Below, piece after piece: positions 52,780-61,862 of a DNA stretch of 61,862 nucleotides. Every line of letters begins with the position of its first letter. Position 1 is the stretch's first letter. Both the position numbers and the translations under genes were made by a program. Origin of the DNA: a virus (Duplodnaviria > Caudoviricetes); IMG/VR virus record IMGVR_UViG_3300037502_000606, positions 1-61,862 of that record. The stretch is one strand, 5' to 3'. The notes below the pieces were generated by a model that was not told the origin of the DNA, ran no database searches, and saw only the letters and a program-made list of their open reading frames with translations.

Positions 52780-54560
52780 TATTGATTGATCTTTATGATT
52801 ACGATTCCAGAGCCGCCTGCTGCGCCGTTTCCATTTCCACCTGATCCACTTCCACCGCCACCACCTGTATTAACTGTGCCTGGTGTTCCATTTTTAGCAG
52901 TTGAACTTGGTGAAAAGAAATAACTATTTGCGCCAGCACCACCACCGCCAGCACCACCAGGACCACCAGTCGTGCCACCTGTGTTGTTGAATCCACATCC
53001 ACCACCACCACCGGCATAAGTTACTGATGAGCCAGAAATAGATGAGGCTGTTCCATCACCACCCGTAGGGCCAACCGTTGTACCTCCTGTTGTTCCTGCC
53101 GCAGATGCGCCACCACCACTTCCAACTCTGTCTACTCCCCCTGCTCCACCATTAGTTCCTTGCGACGGAGTTGTTGATGGGGTATTTCCAGTTCCAGCAG
53201 CACCCCCAGTAGTTCCTCCTGCGCCACCTCCACCACCTGATCCACCGTTAAGACCGGCCGTTCCATTGTTAGGGGAAGTCCCATAGCCGTTACCACCCCC
53301 ACCACCGCCATACGCTTTCAAAGTATTTGTTCCAGCACCAGCAGGGTTTTCAGAAATAGGCGATCCAGCAATAGAAGAAAACCCACCAGTTGTGCCGTTG
53401 GATGATGGGGAGCCTGTACCACCAGCACCACCAGCACCAACGGTAATTGTGTAATTAGTTCCAGCAGTTACAGAAAGACCAGCGCCTGTGCGAAAACCTC
53501 CTGCTCCACCGCCACCACCAGCATTGCGAGCGCCACCACCCCCACCCGCCACAACGAGGTAGTCAACAGAACTCACCCCTGTCGGGCAAGTCCAACTTGT
53601 AGAAGTTGTAAAGGTAAAGACAGTCTGAGAAGGTACGTTGTACTTTAGGATGACAATTCCAGAACCGCCTGCACCTCCAAAGTTGGTTGATGCGCTAGGA
53701 TTAAAACCACCCCCACCCCCACCACCACCAGTATTGACAGTTCCCGCACTACCATTTGCAGAGGGCGATGTGCCAGAACCGCCATTACCACCACCACCAG
53801 AACCACCAGTCCCGCCAGTAGTTCCATTTGGGTTTCGGCTATCACACCCACCCCCACCGCCACCAGCATAGGTTACTGAAGTACCAGAAATAGATGATGC
53901 CGTCCCTGCTCCACCATTACCTCCAGTTGGAGACGATGATGTTACTGTTGCGCCGGTAGCACTAGCACCACCACCACCCGCTCCAATACCATATGACCCA
54001 CCTACAAACACTCCATTTCCGCCATTAGATCCTTGTGATGGGGATGTCGATGGTGTATTTCCAGTTCCTCCAGTACCATTAGCAGCAGGAGTATTTTGTC
54101 CACCTCCACCACCACCAGAACCACCACTTGCTCCGTTAATAATTGATGACCCACCGGCAGGCCCACTAGAAACAAATGACCCGCCACCGCCACCACCATA
54201 TGCCTTAAATGTATTGGTTCCAGCACCAGAAGGATTTTCAGTAATCGGCGAACCAGCAATAGACGAATCACTTCCTGAAGTACCTCTAGACTCAGAAGTT
54301 GAACCAGCTCCACCACCACCAATGGTAATCGTATAGGTTGTGCCAGCAGTAACGCTTAGGCCTGTTCCTGTTCTAAAGCCACCAGCACCGCCACCGCCTG
54401 CATCAATATGACCACCCCCACCCCCACCAGCAACAACCAAGTATTCAACCTCAGTCACACCCGCAGGGCAGATCCATGTGGTCGAAGCAGTAAACGTCTG
54501 GATGACGGTGTATCTCGCAGGGCGTAAGAACCCTAAAAGAGCATTAAGTATTCCGGTCAT
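52779..54560 (-). CDS. Glycine-rich tail/receptor-binding protein with two tandem domains
   Basis: Two copies of TFT.ST.W.CP.GV..V.YLVVAGGGGG...GGSGIVI; start revised. Confidence 0.8.
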   Translation of the reverse strand: MTGILNALLGFLRPARYTVIQTFTASTTWICPAGVTEVEYLVVAGGGGGGHIDAGGGGAGGFRTGTGLSVTAGTTYTITIGGGGAGSTSESRGTSGSDSSIAGSPITENPSGAGTNTFKAYGGGGGGSFVSSGPAGGSSIINGASGGSGGGGGGQNTPAANGTGGTGNTPSTSPSQGSNGGNGVFVGGSYGIGAGGGGASATGATVTSSSPTGGNGGAGTASSISGTSVTYAGGGGGGCDSRNPNGTTGGTGGSGGGGNGGSGTSPSANGSAGTVNTGGGGGGGGFNPSASTNFGGAGGSGIVILKYNVPSQTVFTFTTSTSWTCPTGVSSVDYLVVAGGGGGARNAGGGGGAGGFRTGAGLSVTAGTNYTITVGAGGAGGTGSPSSNGTTGGFSSIAGSPISENPAGAGTNTLKAYGGGGGGNGYGTSPNNGTAGLNGGSGGGGGAGGTTGGAAGTGNTPSTTPSQGTNGGAGGVDRVGSGGGASAAGTTGGTTVGPTGGDGTASSISGSSVTYAGGGGGCGFNNTGGTTGGPGGAGGGGAGANSYFFSPSSTAKNGTPGTVNTGGGGGSGSGGNGNGAAGGSGIVIIKINQ

Positions 54561-55807
54561 GTAAGTCCATTCCCCGATATAACCCAAGTGGTCGAAGCAA
54601 CCTTCACCGCTGATGCCACACCATAAGCTGCAAGCGTCCGTGACCCCGTAGTGCCTGGGCCAGCTAAGTACATAGTGTCCGAGGTAATCGCAATCGTCAC
54701 TGTATTAATCAGGTTCACAAACGTGATTACCGTTCCTATCGGATACACCACACTTGAGTTGGCAGGAATTGTGAATGTCCTAGCATTGTTATCAGAAGCA
54801 GGGTGCAGAATCGTTTTGCCAGCATCAGCAAGCACCAACGTATAAGCCGCTGACTGTGAATTGACCGGCGTATTCCTGAACCCCACCGCATCCGTACCAT
54901 CGACCGTACAGTTGGACAAAGTGCCGGATGTTGGGGTGCCAAGAACAGGAGTTACAAGCGTCGGAGAGGTGGCAAAGACGAGAGCGCCTGAACCTGTCTC
55001 GTCCGTAACAGCCGCTGCTAGGTTTGCAGACGAAGGGGTTCCTAGCCAGGTGGCTACACCTGTACCAAACGACGTTATGCCCGTACCGCCGTTAGCAACC
55101 GGGAGAGTGCCCGTGATAGCCGCCGACTGAGCAAGGTTTACTGCACCAAACGCTACAGTAGTTCCTGATCTACGAAGAACCTGATGATCTGTGCCCGCCG
55201 CAATACTTGCGTTATCTGCTGTAGCGTTACCCGTTACACCCAGTACGGAAAGAGCAGAACCCTGAGCAAGATTAGAGAAGGGGAGATCGCCAGTAACCGC
55301 ATCAGAAGACGCTAGGTTTACCGCACCAAAACTTAAAGACGTACCAGACCTACGAAGAACTTGATTGTCTGTAGCGGCTGCGATACTGGCGTTGTCTGCT
55401 GTTGAATTTCCTGTTACTCCAAGGACTGACAGAGCAGATCCTTGAGCAAGATTAGCGAACCCAAGCCTAGCGGATATGGCTGGAGTAATTGTCGTTCCAT
55501 CAACGTACATAGACCGTTCAGCAGGGTACGTACAAAAGATCTCTTTAGTTCCTGCGCCCCAGTTAACGGCATTGCCAGAGTTTGAGGACTCTAGGATCGT
55601 ATCTCGACTAAGCGTGGTGCCAGACGCTGTATAGGTTCCAATACCAACTTCCCAGTCCGTGCCGTTGGTTACAGCGTAATAGGTCGTGTTGGCGTTTCCT
55701 ATTACAGAAAATGATTGGTATCCACCAACTGCACCGGCCAGTGTATAGGCCCCCGTGCTAGTCGTGGTCGTAGTTTCTTTAACTCTGTCTTTGAGAACTA
55801 ATGCCAT
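54557..55807 (-). CDS. Tail fibre protein
   Basis: LKDRVKETTTT...WEVGIGT; internal duplication; LPVANGGTG; DETGSGALVFATSPTL. Confidence 0.8.
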   Translation of the reverse strand: MALVLKDRVKETTTTTSTGAYTLAGAVGGYQSFSVIGNANTTYYAVTNGTDWEVGIGTYTASGTTLSRDTILESSNSGNAVNWGAGTKEIFCTYPAERSMYVDGTTITPAISARLGFANLAQGSALSVLGVTGNSTADNASIAAATDNQVLRRSGTSLSFGAVNLASSDAVTGDLPFSNLAQGSALSVLGVTGNATADNASIAAGTDHQVLRRSGTTVAFGAVNLAQSAAITGTLPVANGGTGITSFGTGVATWLGTPSSANLAAAVTDETGSGALVFATSPTLVTPVLGTPTSGTLSNCTVDGTDAVGFRNTPVNSQSAAYTLVLADAGKTILHPASDNNARTFTIPANSSVVYPIGTVITFVNLINTVTIAITSDTMYLAGPGTTGSRTLAAYGVASAVKVASTTWVISGNGLT

Positions 55808-55817
55808 AATCTATCCT

Positions 55818-56786
55818 CTATGCGGCAATCGGTATCCAATTAGGATCTTGCGTGTCGTTTATTACAACCCAATTTGGACTCTGCCGTTTGGGAGCAAAAG
55901 TCACGATAACTAAATTTGCGGTTCCTGGTGTGACAACAGAACTTTGGAAAACATCAGGAGCACTTGTTGCTATAGACAAAGCCCCCGAGCCTGGTGAAGA
56001 AATACTTCCTACTGCGGTTGATGGCGCAGCTCCAGCAAGACTTAATGCTGCCCCGGCGGGTGTCGTAACAACAGACTGACCAACGTCTGGCAATTGCCCT
56101 TGAAAAGATACCGCTCCAGCAGGGACAAATATAGAAACGTTTGTTTCTGGTGCCTGCGAACCAATATTTACAAAACCAGTACCAGGTACAGTAATCTGTC
56201 CAGCCACCACTACGCTTGGCGCCGAACCTACTATTACAGTGCCGCCTGATGGCGCTATGATTGTTTCTCTAATGATAAATGGAACTTGGCCATCTATCAC
56301 CAACGAACCTACATTTGGAGTAACTACTACTCCAGACACTACGCTTGGTGCATATCCTTGTAGTGAAATTGATCCAGATGCGGTCTCAACAAACCCACCC
56401 TCAACAACCAGCGGAACATTTCCTTGTAACGCTAGAGACCCAACTGGAACAGGAATAACAAACGTGCGCTCTAAAGTTGGAGCATATCCTTGAAGACTTA
56501 AAAGCGCAGTTGTTGGAGCTATCTGACCTTCGCCAGTTATGGTTGGCACAAACCCAGCAAAATTTAATGCCCCCGTATTGGGAGTTATTGCTGTTGCTAA
56601 AAAGAGTTCTGGTGCAGCGCCAACTATTGTTAGCTGTCCAACACCTGGAGTGATAAAAGAATCTACCCTTACCGCAGGAGCTAACCCCGCAGCGACAACG
56701 GCCCCTGTAGCCGGTGTGACTACATACTCGAATATCCCCTCTTCAGATGCAAAAGGGGCACCCGAAAATGGGGCCTGAGCAAACAT
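55818..56786 (-). CDS. Repetitive beta-strand structural protein
   Basis: MF...PF...PFAS start; about 14 degenerate TP..G.L...G.AP units. Confidence 0.7.
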   Translation of the reverse strand: MFAQAPFSGAPFASEEGIFEYVVTPATGAVVAAGLAPAVRVDSFITPGVGQLTIVGAAPELFLATAITPNTGALNFAGFVPTITGEGQIAPTTALLSLQGYAPTLERTFVIPVPVGSLALQGNVPLVVEGGFVETASGSISLQGYAPSVVSGVVVTPNVGSLVIDGQVPFIIRETIIAPSGGTVIVGSAPSVVVAGQITVPGTGFVNIGSQAPETNVSIFVPAGAVSFQGQLPDVGQSVVTTPAGAALSLAGAAPSTAVGSISSPGSGALSIATSAPDVFQSSVVTPGTANLVIVTFAPKRQSPNWVVINDTQDPNWIPIAA

Positions 56787-56802
56787 CTTGCCCCCTTACT
56801 GT

Positions 56803-57270
56803 TTAGGTAAGGGTGAAGACGCCAGTTGCAGCAGGCAGTACCGTAAGAGTATTGGGCGACGTAACAGTAAACTGTGCACTCGATAGCTGGCAGAAGCAGA
56901 CCAGCTTACGGGCAGAAGCTACCGCAGCCGAAGCACCATACGTGATTACCGCGTACCGAATGTTTGTCAGAGATGCGCCTGAAGCCGTGAAGGTCAAGCC
57001 CACTGTGGAGTAGGTGAACTTCATCTGCTTAGCAGAAGCGCCGGTGGTCCACTGGCCCGTAGCGGGAACCAGGGCTTTACCACCACTCACGTATCCGCCG
57101 GTCGCAGAAATCTGAGCAGTCAAAGAAGCAAACGTGCTCAGGGTAAAAGTCGAAGCATTACTAGAAGTACGGAACAATGCCATTTTGAAGTTACCAGCAC
57201 CGAGTTCAATCGTCCCGTTGCCGATGTAGCGTTTGGCAGTGTTATACAGTTGCCATGCGGTTGCAGCCAT
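56803..57270 (-). CDS. Structural protein
   Basis: FKMALF...GGYVSGGKAL; paralogous to 58138-58554. Confidence 0.72.
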   Translation of the reverse strand: MAATAWQLYNTAKRYIGNGTIELGAGNFKMALFRTSSNASTFTLSTFASLTAQISATGGYVSGGKALVPATGQWTTGASAKQMKFTYSTVGLTFTASGASLTNIRYAVITYGASAAVASARKLVCFCQLSSAQFTVTSPNTLTVLPAATGVFTLT

Positions 57271-57271
57271 T

Positions 57272-58138
57272 TTAAATCTCCTCTAAGTCTGCGCGAGAAG
57301 CGCCAGTTTCCAAAATTTGACGGAGTAACCCGCCGTAGATTTCCAGCTCCATTACGTCACCCATACAGGCAATCAAGTCAATAAACTCTTTGGCCTGAGA
57401 AACCATCCACGGATTACAGTGAAAAACTTTGCCGCCGACACGCACAGGAATGACCATCTGGTCATCGTTTTCTTGCTGCTCGTAAGCATGGTGCGCCCCA
57501 TCCTCCAAACAAGAATCACACCCGAAGATGTGAAAACGCTTGAATCCCAACATTCTAAACAAAGGCAGCGCCCGCAACAAGACAGTAGATCCACCTGGAA
57601 CCGGATACCAATTGGCGTATTCCGTGGCCAGTAGATCGCTTATCTCTTCCGCGCTGGTATGCCAAATGTACGTCCTGTCTTTTGGCAAGTTATCAAAGAC
57701 CGATGGGTCACATTGTGACGCTATAAAGTATTTGCAGTCCGAGACAACGTTCTGCACAAACCGAACATTAAACGGCCTGGCATCGACCATAACCATGGCA
57801 GATGGCATGACCCCAGCATCAATACAGTATTGGTAAGCATTGTTTAGCGTAATCAGCTTCACGCCATTGCGGCGCAGCATCTTAATTTCGTGGATGTATT
57901 CTTTGAGGGACGGCCCACCCCCAACAATCATCGCGTCTACCTCGTTGGTAGGGTGAGGGGCAATCTGCTGAAAGCCCCGCTTGATGTTGGTTGAGACGTT
58001 GTTTTTCAGTAGATCCAGGTCAATGTTCAGCGAACCGCACATCTCAAAATCCTCTGCCGGCATCCAAGTCTCATGCTCAGTAGGCGGGATCTGGGATACC
58101 ACGACAGTAGGCGGCTCAGAGAAGAAAGAAGCGAACAT
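57272..58138 (-). CDS. DUF115/MptE-like (MAF flagellin-glycosylation family) protein
   Basis: IVGGGPSL, LNNA, VDAR, ASQCDP, GGSTV, LGFKRFHIFGCDSC...HAY. Confidence 0.8.
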   Translation of the reverse strand: MFASFFSEPPTVVVSQIPPTEHETWMPAEDFEMCGSLNIDLDLLKNNVSTNIKRGFQQIAPHPTNEVDAMIVGGGPSLKEYIHEIKMLRRNGVKLITLNNAYQYCIDAGVMPSAMVMVDARPFNVRFVQNVVSDCKYFIASQCDPSVFDNLPKDRTYIWHTSAEEISDLLATEYANWYPVPGGSTVLLRALPLFRMLGFKRFHIFGCDSCLEDGAHHAYEQQENDDQMVIPVRVGGKVFHCNPWMVSQAKEFIDLIACMGDVMELEIYGGLLRQILETGASRADLEEI

Positions 58139-58554
58139 TAGGTTGACCTTATCAGGGCGGTTGTGGCCGTGTTGGCAGGCATAGTTACTGTAAAAGTACC
58201 GTTGGCTACGATCTTGTCGGAACCAAAATTGATGACCGCAATTGAGCGGTTTGCCTTACTAGCGTTGTAGAGCAAAGCCCCACGGGTAGTAAACGAGGCG
58301 CCAGGCCACTGGACATTGTCAAAATTGACGTATGCAGTAGTCCCAGACGATTGCACTGTAACATTTGTTACAGTAACGCCCCCGGCTGTATACCCGGTTC
58401 CAGATACCTCTTGGTCTGTCGTGTAGACGGTTGTGGCAGCGTTTAGATCTGCGTTGGCCGTATACAGAGCCATCTTCAAAGTATCCGTCAAAAGGTTGTG
58501 GATTCCTTCGTAGAGTTCCTCTTTGAAAGAGGTTGTCTGCGTCTGAACGATCAT
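58138..58554 (-). CDS. Structural protein
   Basis: SFKEEL..G.H...LKMALYT...GTGYTAGG...GALLYN...NFGSDK. Confidence 0.78.
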   Translation of the reverse strand: MIVQTQTTSFKEELYEGIHNLLTDTLKMALYTANADLNAATTVYTTDQEVSGTGYTAGGVTVTNVTVQSSGTTAYVNFDNVQWPGASFTTRGALLYNASKANRSIAVINFGSDKIVANGTFTVTMPANTATTALIRST

Positions 58555-59207
58555 TTAATTGGAACCCTAATCTGCCCGTTTCTGTAGGCGTCAGACCTGT
58601 TCTTGCCTTCGCTGAGCTGTTTGAGCACATCCATGGCTTCACCGTAACGAGCCGTATAGTTGGCTATTGTATCTGGATCGCTCTTCATGAACGCCGCAGC
58701 TTCTAGCAAAGCCCCGTACAGAAGGACAGAGTCAAAGTTATCCCCTAGCCAGGACGTTCCAGCCGTCACAATCGACTCGGGATAATAGAAGTAGTGCAGC
58801 TCCATCGTGTAGTTAGCATCCGGCGTAGGCCCGAGAATGAACGTATTCTCATCCCATAACCCGTAGTACAGAGGCTTGCCTGATGTCGTTGGGTACGGAT
58901 ACGCCTGGCGGATGAAGTTCACATCCTTGTCCAGGAGATACTCGTACTCTCCCGTGACCGGATCAATCACGGCCAAGGAAAAGGTTGCCAACCAATCTAC
59001 AGGGGCGGTCAGATACTGGTTTCCAGACGACACCGTACCGGTCGAGTTCTTCCGCAGGGCAAGAATCTGGATGGAATTGTAGATCCGCTGCTCAGCCTCT
59101 TTGACAAACGTGGCTATCTGGGATGCAGAAGTAAAACTCCCCACAGTCTCTGGGAAATCATTTTCTGCGTAGCCCTTAATTGCAGCGGTCAGTTCCGTAT
59201 AGTTCAC
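58551..59207 (-). CDS. Head-tail adaptor-like protein
   Basis: MNYTEL...AEQRI...GKPLYY...LGPTPD..Y..ELHY...LLYGALLEA. Confidence 0.78.
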   Translation of the reverse strand: MNYTELTAAIKGYAENDFPETVGSFTSASQIATFVKEAEQRIYNSIQILALRKNSTGTVSSGNQYLTAPVDWLATFSLAVIDPVTGEYEYLLDKDVNFIRQAYPYPTTSGKPLYYGLWDENTFILGPTPDANYTMELHYFYYPESIVTAGTSWLGDNFDSVLLYGALLEAAAFMKSDPDTIANYTARYGEAMDVLKQLSEGKNRSDAYRNGQIRVPIK

Positions 59208-59494
59208 GCCATCGGCCCCCGAGCCATTACACCTTTAGTAGCTGCGCCAGTCCCACGGATTTTGATCCCGTCGGTCTTTACATAGTCACGGCCAGGATCA
59301 CCAAAGCTCACACGCCCAGCCGGGGTGTTGCAGGTGAAATCTTTGGCAGCGAGAGTGTTGGGATCTGGAGGGCGACTGACAGCCTTCATAGCCTCTTTGG
59401 GGCCAATGTCTTTGCCGGTCATCGTATGGGGAGGAGCATAAAGAGCGCCGTCTCCGACCTCTTTGCCCATCACCTTTTTGCTGTATTTAGCCAT
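59204..59494 (-). CDS. Small basic protein
   Basis: C-terminal KTDGIKIRGTGAATKGVMARGP. Confidence 0.75.
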   Translation of the reverse strand: MAKYSKKVMGKEVGDGALYAPPHTMTGKDIGPKEAMKAVSRPPDPNTLAAKDFTCNTPAGRVSFGDPGRDYVKTDGIKIRGTGAATKGVMARGPMA

Positions 59495-59496
59495 GA

Positions 59497-59694
59497 TTAG
59501 ATCCCCGTAGCACGTACTTTACGAACCGGCGAGCGCTGATTCATCACCTTAGCCATTCCACGGCCATACTTCTTCATGTCCATAGAGGTGGGGCCACCAG
59601 CCTTCATTTTCTTGGCCTTGTGCATGGTTGCCTCATGGCCCTTAACGGCCTTCATGGCTTCCCGCTTTGCAACGCCGCGCATTTGTTTCATCAT
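59497..59694 (-). CDS. Small basic protein
   Basis: MKAGGPT...KKYGRGMAK. Confidence 0.72.
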   Translation of the reverse strand: MMKQMRGVAKREAMKAVKGHEATMHKAKKMKAGGPTSMDMKKYGRGMAKVMNQRSPVRKVRATGI

Positions 59695-59703
59695 TTTAAA
59701 CTC

Positions 59704-60132
59704 CTAGGATATTGAGATTGATACAGTTCCTACGGCTGTTGTAGCCACTAAATCGTTTGGCGTCAACCCCGCATCTTCAGCGCTGGCCCCGCCTATTGGG
59801 TACCATCCCCATTGGAACACTCTACTGCCTTCTGCCGGAAAACCAAAGCCCAGCGGCGCCGTGCTATTGGTCGTAAGCTCCTGCAATCCTGTCGTTCCAG
59901 ACTGCCTATAACTGACGTCTGGGCGCGGCTCTCTAACGGCTTGTGGATCGTTAACCGGGTACATGCCAAGCTGCAACTGGGGCTGATCAGGGTCCCAACA
60001 GGCCCGGCACACTTTGATCTTAAATGGCCTGGTCTTAACCGTCTGGATACGTAACTCTTTGAGCATGAACCGCTGGTCGCAGCGATCACACTCCGCGATT
60101 GCAAACTTACCAGAGGCGAACCTGTTAGACAT
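59704..60132 (-). CDS. Zinc-finger protein, head-tail module
   Basis: CDRC...VCRACWDPDQPQL...DPQA..PRPD. Confidence 0.78.
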   Translation of the reverse strand: MSNRFASGKFAIAECDRCDQRFMLKELRIQTVKTRPFKIKVCRACWDPDQPQLQLGMYPVNDPQAVREPRPDVSYRQSGTTGLQELTTNSTAPLGFGFPAEGSRVFQWGWYPIGGASAEDAGLTPNDLVATTAVGTVSISIS

Positions 60133-60135
60133 GGC

Positions 60136-61068
60136 TTACCCGTAATAGAACATGTTCCTGGGGACGATACGCAATGGTGCTGTATCTCTGTCCTCAGCCG
60201 ATGCCAAAGTCCACTGCTCTTCGTAGTCCATCTTCAGCATCTGAATCCTGGTGGGGTCTATGCCTGGCAGCTTCATGCCTAAGTAGTAAGACAAGCCGGC
60301 CACCATGCACGGAATAAGACGGAAAGGAATGTCCTGTACCGTCGTTCCATTACCTGCATCCTGCATCCTACGAAGTCTCCAGTAGACAAACGTGTACTGG
60401 TCTCCCGGTGGGTTTGGCGTCGGCCATATGTTCACGCACGGAATGTTTTGGACCGTGATAACAGGGGTGCCAATAACGTTGTGACCTACTGCCGTGGTGC
60501 CATTCTGTCCACGGGCGCAGTTGATTAGCGAGTTACCGGATATGTTCGGGTAGCTGATCGTCTCGTTGTTGATCTTAATGAATCCTGCCGCAGCCAGGCC
60601 CGTAGTCGTTGAAAGGGGAATGGTCGTATCCGTGGCCGTAATGTCCTGGGCCAGAAGGATCGTCGTAGGATTGTCGTTCCCAGACTGCCGGTTGAACCAA
60701 TACTGAATCGGCCTGCCCTGGGTTAGTTTATTGGGTATCGAGGAGTACGTTGGTTCCGCGATGTTGCTGATGTTGATGTCGATCTGGTTCAGTGTTCCAG
60801 GATTCTGCCGGATGACCGTATCGAGGATCTGAATGGTATCTACGGGGATTGGATAGATTGCCTGGCCTGTAACCAGCGGGAAAGATCCCTGCTCCATCGT
60901 CCAAAGGTTGATGCCTCTATTGGCCCACTCGATGGTCAACAGGTTCAGAGAGCGCCTTGCCGTCCGTAAGTCATACCCTGAACGCAGCTCACCACCGACG
61001 CGCTCAAACGCCTCTTCAATCAGATTAGAGAGGTCTAGGTTAAATGCTACGGTGCCGGACGTTGGCAT
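60136..61068 (-). CDS. Head-tail adaptor/tail tubular A-like protein
   Basis: IEEAFER...ARRSLNL...WANRGINLW...GRP.QY...WPTP...PFR..PCMVAGL.YY. Confidence 0.78.
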   Translation of the reverse strand: MPTSGTVAFNLDLSNLIEEAFERVGGELRSGYDLRTARRSLNLLTIEWANRGINLWTMEQGSFPLVTGQAIYPIPVDTIQILDTVIRQNPGTLNQIDINISNIAEPTYSSIPNKLTQGRPIQYWFNRQSGNDNPTTILLAQDITATDTTIPLSTTTGLAAAGFIKINNETISYPNISGNSLINCARGQNGTTAVGHNVIGTPVITVQNIPCVNIWPTPNPPGDQYTFVYWRLRRMQDAGNGTTVQDIPFRLIPCMVAGLSYYLGMKLPGIDPTRIQMLKMDYEEQWTLASAEDRDTAPLRIVPRNMFYYG

Positions 61069-61069
61069 A

Positions 61070-61342
61070 TTACTTTCCTAGCTTTTTCAATGTCTGGGCT
61101 AAACGTGCTCGTTGACCCATCTTTCCAGGCTTTTTGGCAGCGGCAGCAAGTTTCCCAGCAGGACTCTTTTCACCTTTTTTGACGCCAAGAGACGAGCGAA
61201 GGGCGCCAGGTTTCTTGATGGCATCTTTGATCCAACCACCAGACTTGGCTATGACCGTTTTGCCCTTGGCCTTCTTGATCTGGTCAATCGGGTCTTTGCT
61301 CATCTGGTCTTCTTTGGCTGGACTAGGAGTAACCGTTTTCAT
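61070..61342 (-). CDS. Small basic protein
   Basis: AKSGGWIKDAIKKPGALR...GQRARLAQTL. Confidence 0.75.
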   Translation of the reverse strand: MKTVTPSPAKEDQMSKDPIDQIKKAKGKTVIAKSGGWIKDAIKKPGALRSSLGVKKGEKSPAGKLAAAAKKPGKMGQRARLAQTLKKLGK

Positions 61343-61578
61343 CTGAACCTCGCTGTCTTTGCTGCAATTGACTTTGGTTGTTTAACGAATTGCTTTCCAC
61401 CAGCTTTACCAGCTCTTTTCGCTCTAGTCGTCGCTGCATACTCAGCTGGAGATAGTGCGTTGATCGCCTTCTCTGGGAGATAGCGTTCGCCAGTAACGGA
61501 AGACGGTTTGCCACTTTTAGTTCTCCACTTCTGGGTTCCCCAGTCTTTTAAGCTCTGCTGTGGCTTCTTTAGCGGCAT
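61339..61578 (-). CDS. Small basic protein (DUF5872-like)
   Basis: QQSLKDW..QKWRTKSGK...GERYLP...KQFVKQP. Confidence 0.75.
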   Translation of the reverse strand: MPLKKPQQSLKDWGTQKWRTKSGKPSSVTGERYLPEKAINALSPAEYAATTRAKRAGKAGGKQFVKQPKSIAAKTARFR

Positions 61579-61681
61579 TTGACTCTACCTGTTTCCGTTG
61601 TCTGTAAACCTGTGCCGCGATGAGTAGCCATTGAAAAACGTTGCCGTCTCTCTTTGGGTCATACACCGGGGCCTTGATCAC
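61517..61681 (-). CDS. 54-aa hypothetical protein (not in ORF track)
   Basis: MIKAPVYDPKRDGNVFQWLLIAAQVYRQRKQVESNAAKEATAELKRLGNPEVEN; GTG start overlaps the upstream TGA. Confidence 0.5.
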   Translation of the reverse strand: MIKAPVYDPKRDGNVFQWLLIAAQVYRQRKQVESNAAKEATAELKRLGNPEVEN

Positions 61682-61862
61682 TTATAACCGCCGCCTTTGG
61701 CTTTGTACTTCTTGGCTAAGAGTTGGGCTTTTCTGGCTGACCATTGGCCCGCAGCAGTCCCTTGAGTCGCGGAACCTTTAATTTGCTCAAAGAGCTGCTT
61801 ACGCATTGAAGGCTTCGTATAAACGCCTGCTTCATTGACGCGAGACTTAACCTTCCCACCGT
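61678..61862 (-). CDS. 3' part of the 516-803 gene, endonuclease-free allele
   Basis: Reads ...GQWSARKAQLLAKKYKAKGGGYK-stop. Confidence 0.85.
   Translation of the reverse strand, partial: GGKVKSRVNEAGVYTKPSMRKQLFEQIKGSATQGTAAGQWSARKAQLLAKKYKAKGGGYK

Noticed and set aside
49898-56786. Diversity-generating retroelement or invertible tail-fibre switch
   Set aside because: No reverse transcriptase or invertase seen; the repeats are in-frame domain duplications, and no adenine-specific variation was noticed
61605-61862. End repeats as biological direct terminal repeats
   Set aside because: The copies differ by an insertion and the final identical block is exactly 127 bp, a common assembler k-mer. 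A circular assembly opened at an allelic bubble is more likely; physical termini cannot be inferred.

Overview
The window is an essentially complete ~61.2-61.6 kb tailed dsDNA phage genome, probably podovirus-like (no tape measure, sheath or tube gene seen; ejection-type proteins present). Its two ends overlap: 1-89 = 61605-61693 and 577-703 = 61736-61862. The ends are two alleles of one locus, one carrying a 445-bp endonuclease insertion and one empty. Minus-strand modules: small basic virion-associated genes; capsid, scaffold, GroES, portal and terminase; replication (ParB-like, SF2 helicase, Toprim primase); an accessory array; recombination genes; a 2690-aa polyvalent ejection protein; other ejection proteins; tail; lysis. 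A plus-strand island of small early genes lies at 13.6-18.0 kb. No integrase, DNA polymerase, tRNA or CRISPR was recognised. Main observations: (1) a recurrent [FMYK]-x-x-G-G tag in about 10 virion-module proteins, plus a stand-alone domain resembling the cleaved C-terminal module of tape measure proteins, suggesting a tag-and-process system; (2) homing endonuclease cassettes that bring a replacement copy of the gene part they disrupt; (3) a P4 CI/P1 c4-like antisense RNA with its target upstream of the replication operon; (4) an array of six genes sharing a WVGLTDEE...KEKNT-stop/RBS junction module; (5) a dispersed ACTGTAACA-N2/3-TGTTACAGT palindrome family. All family names come from motif recognition, not database searches.
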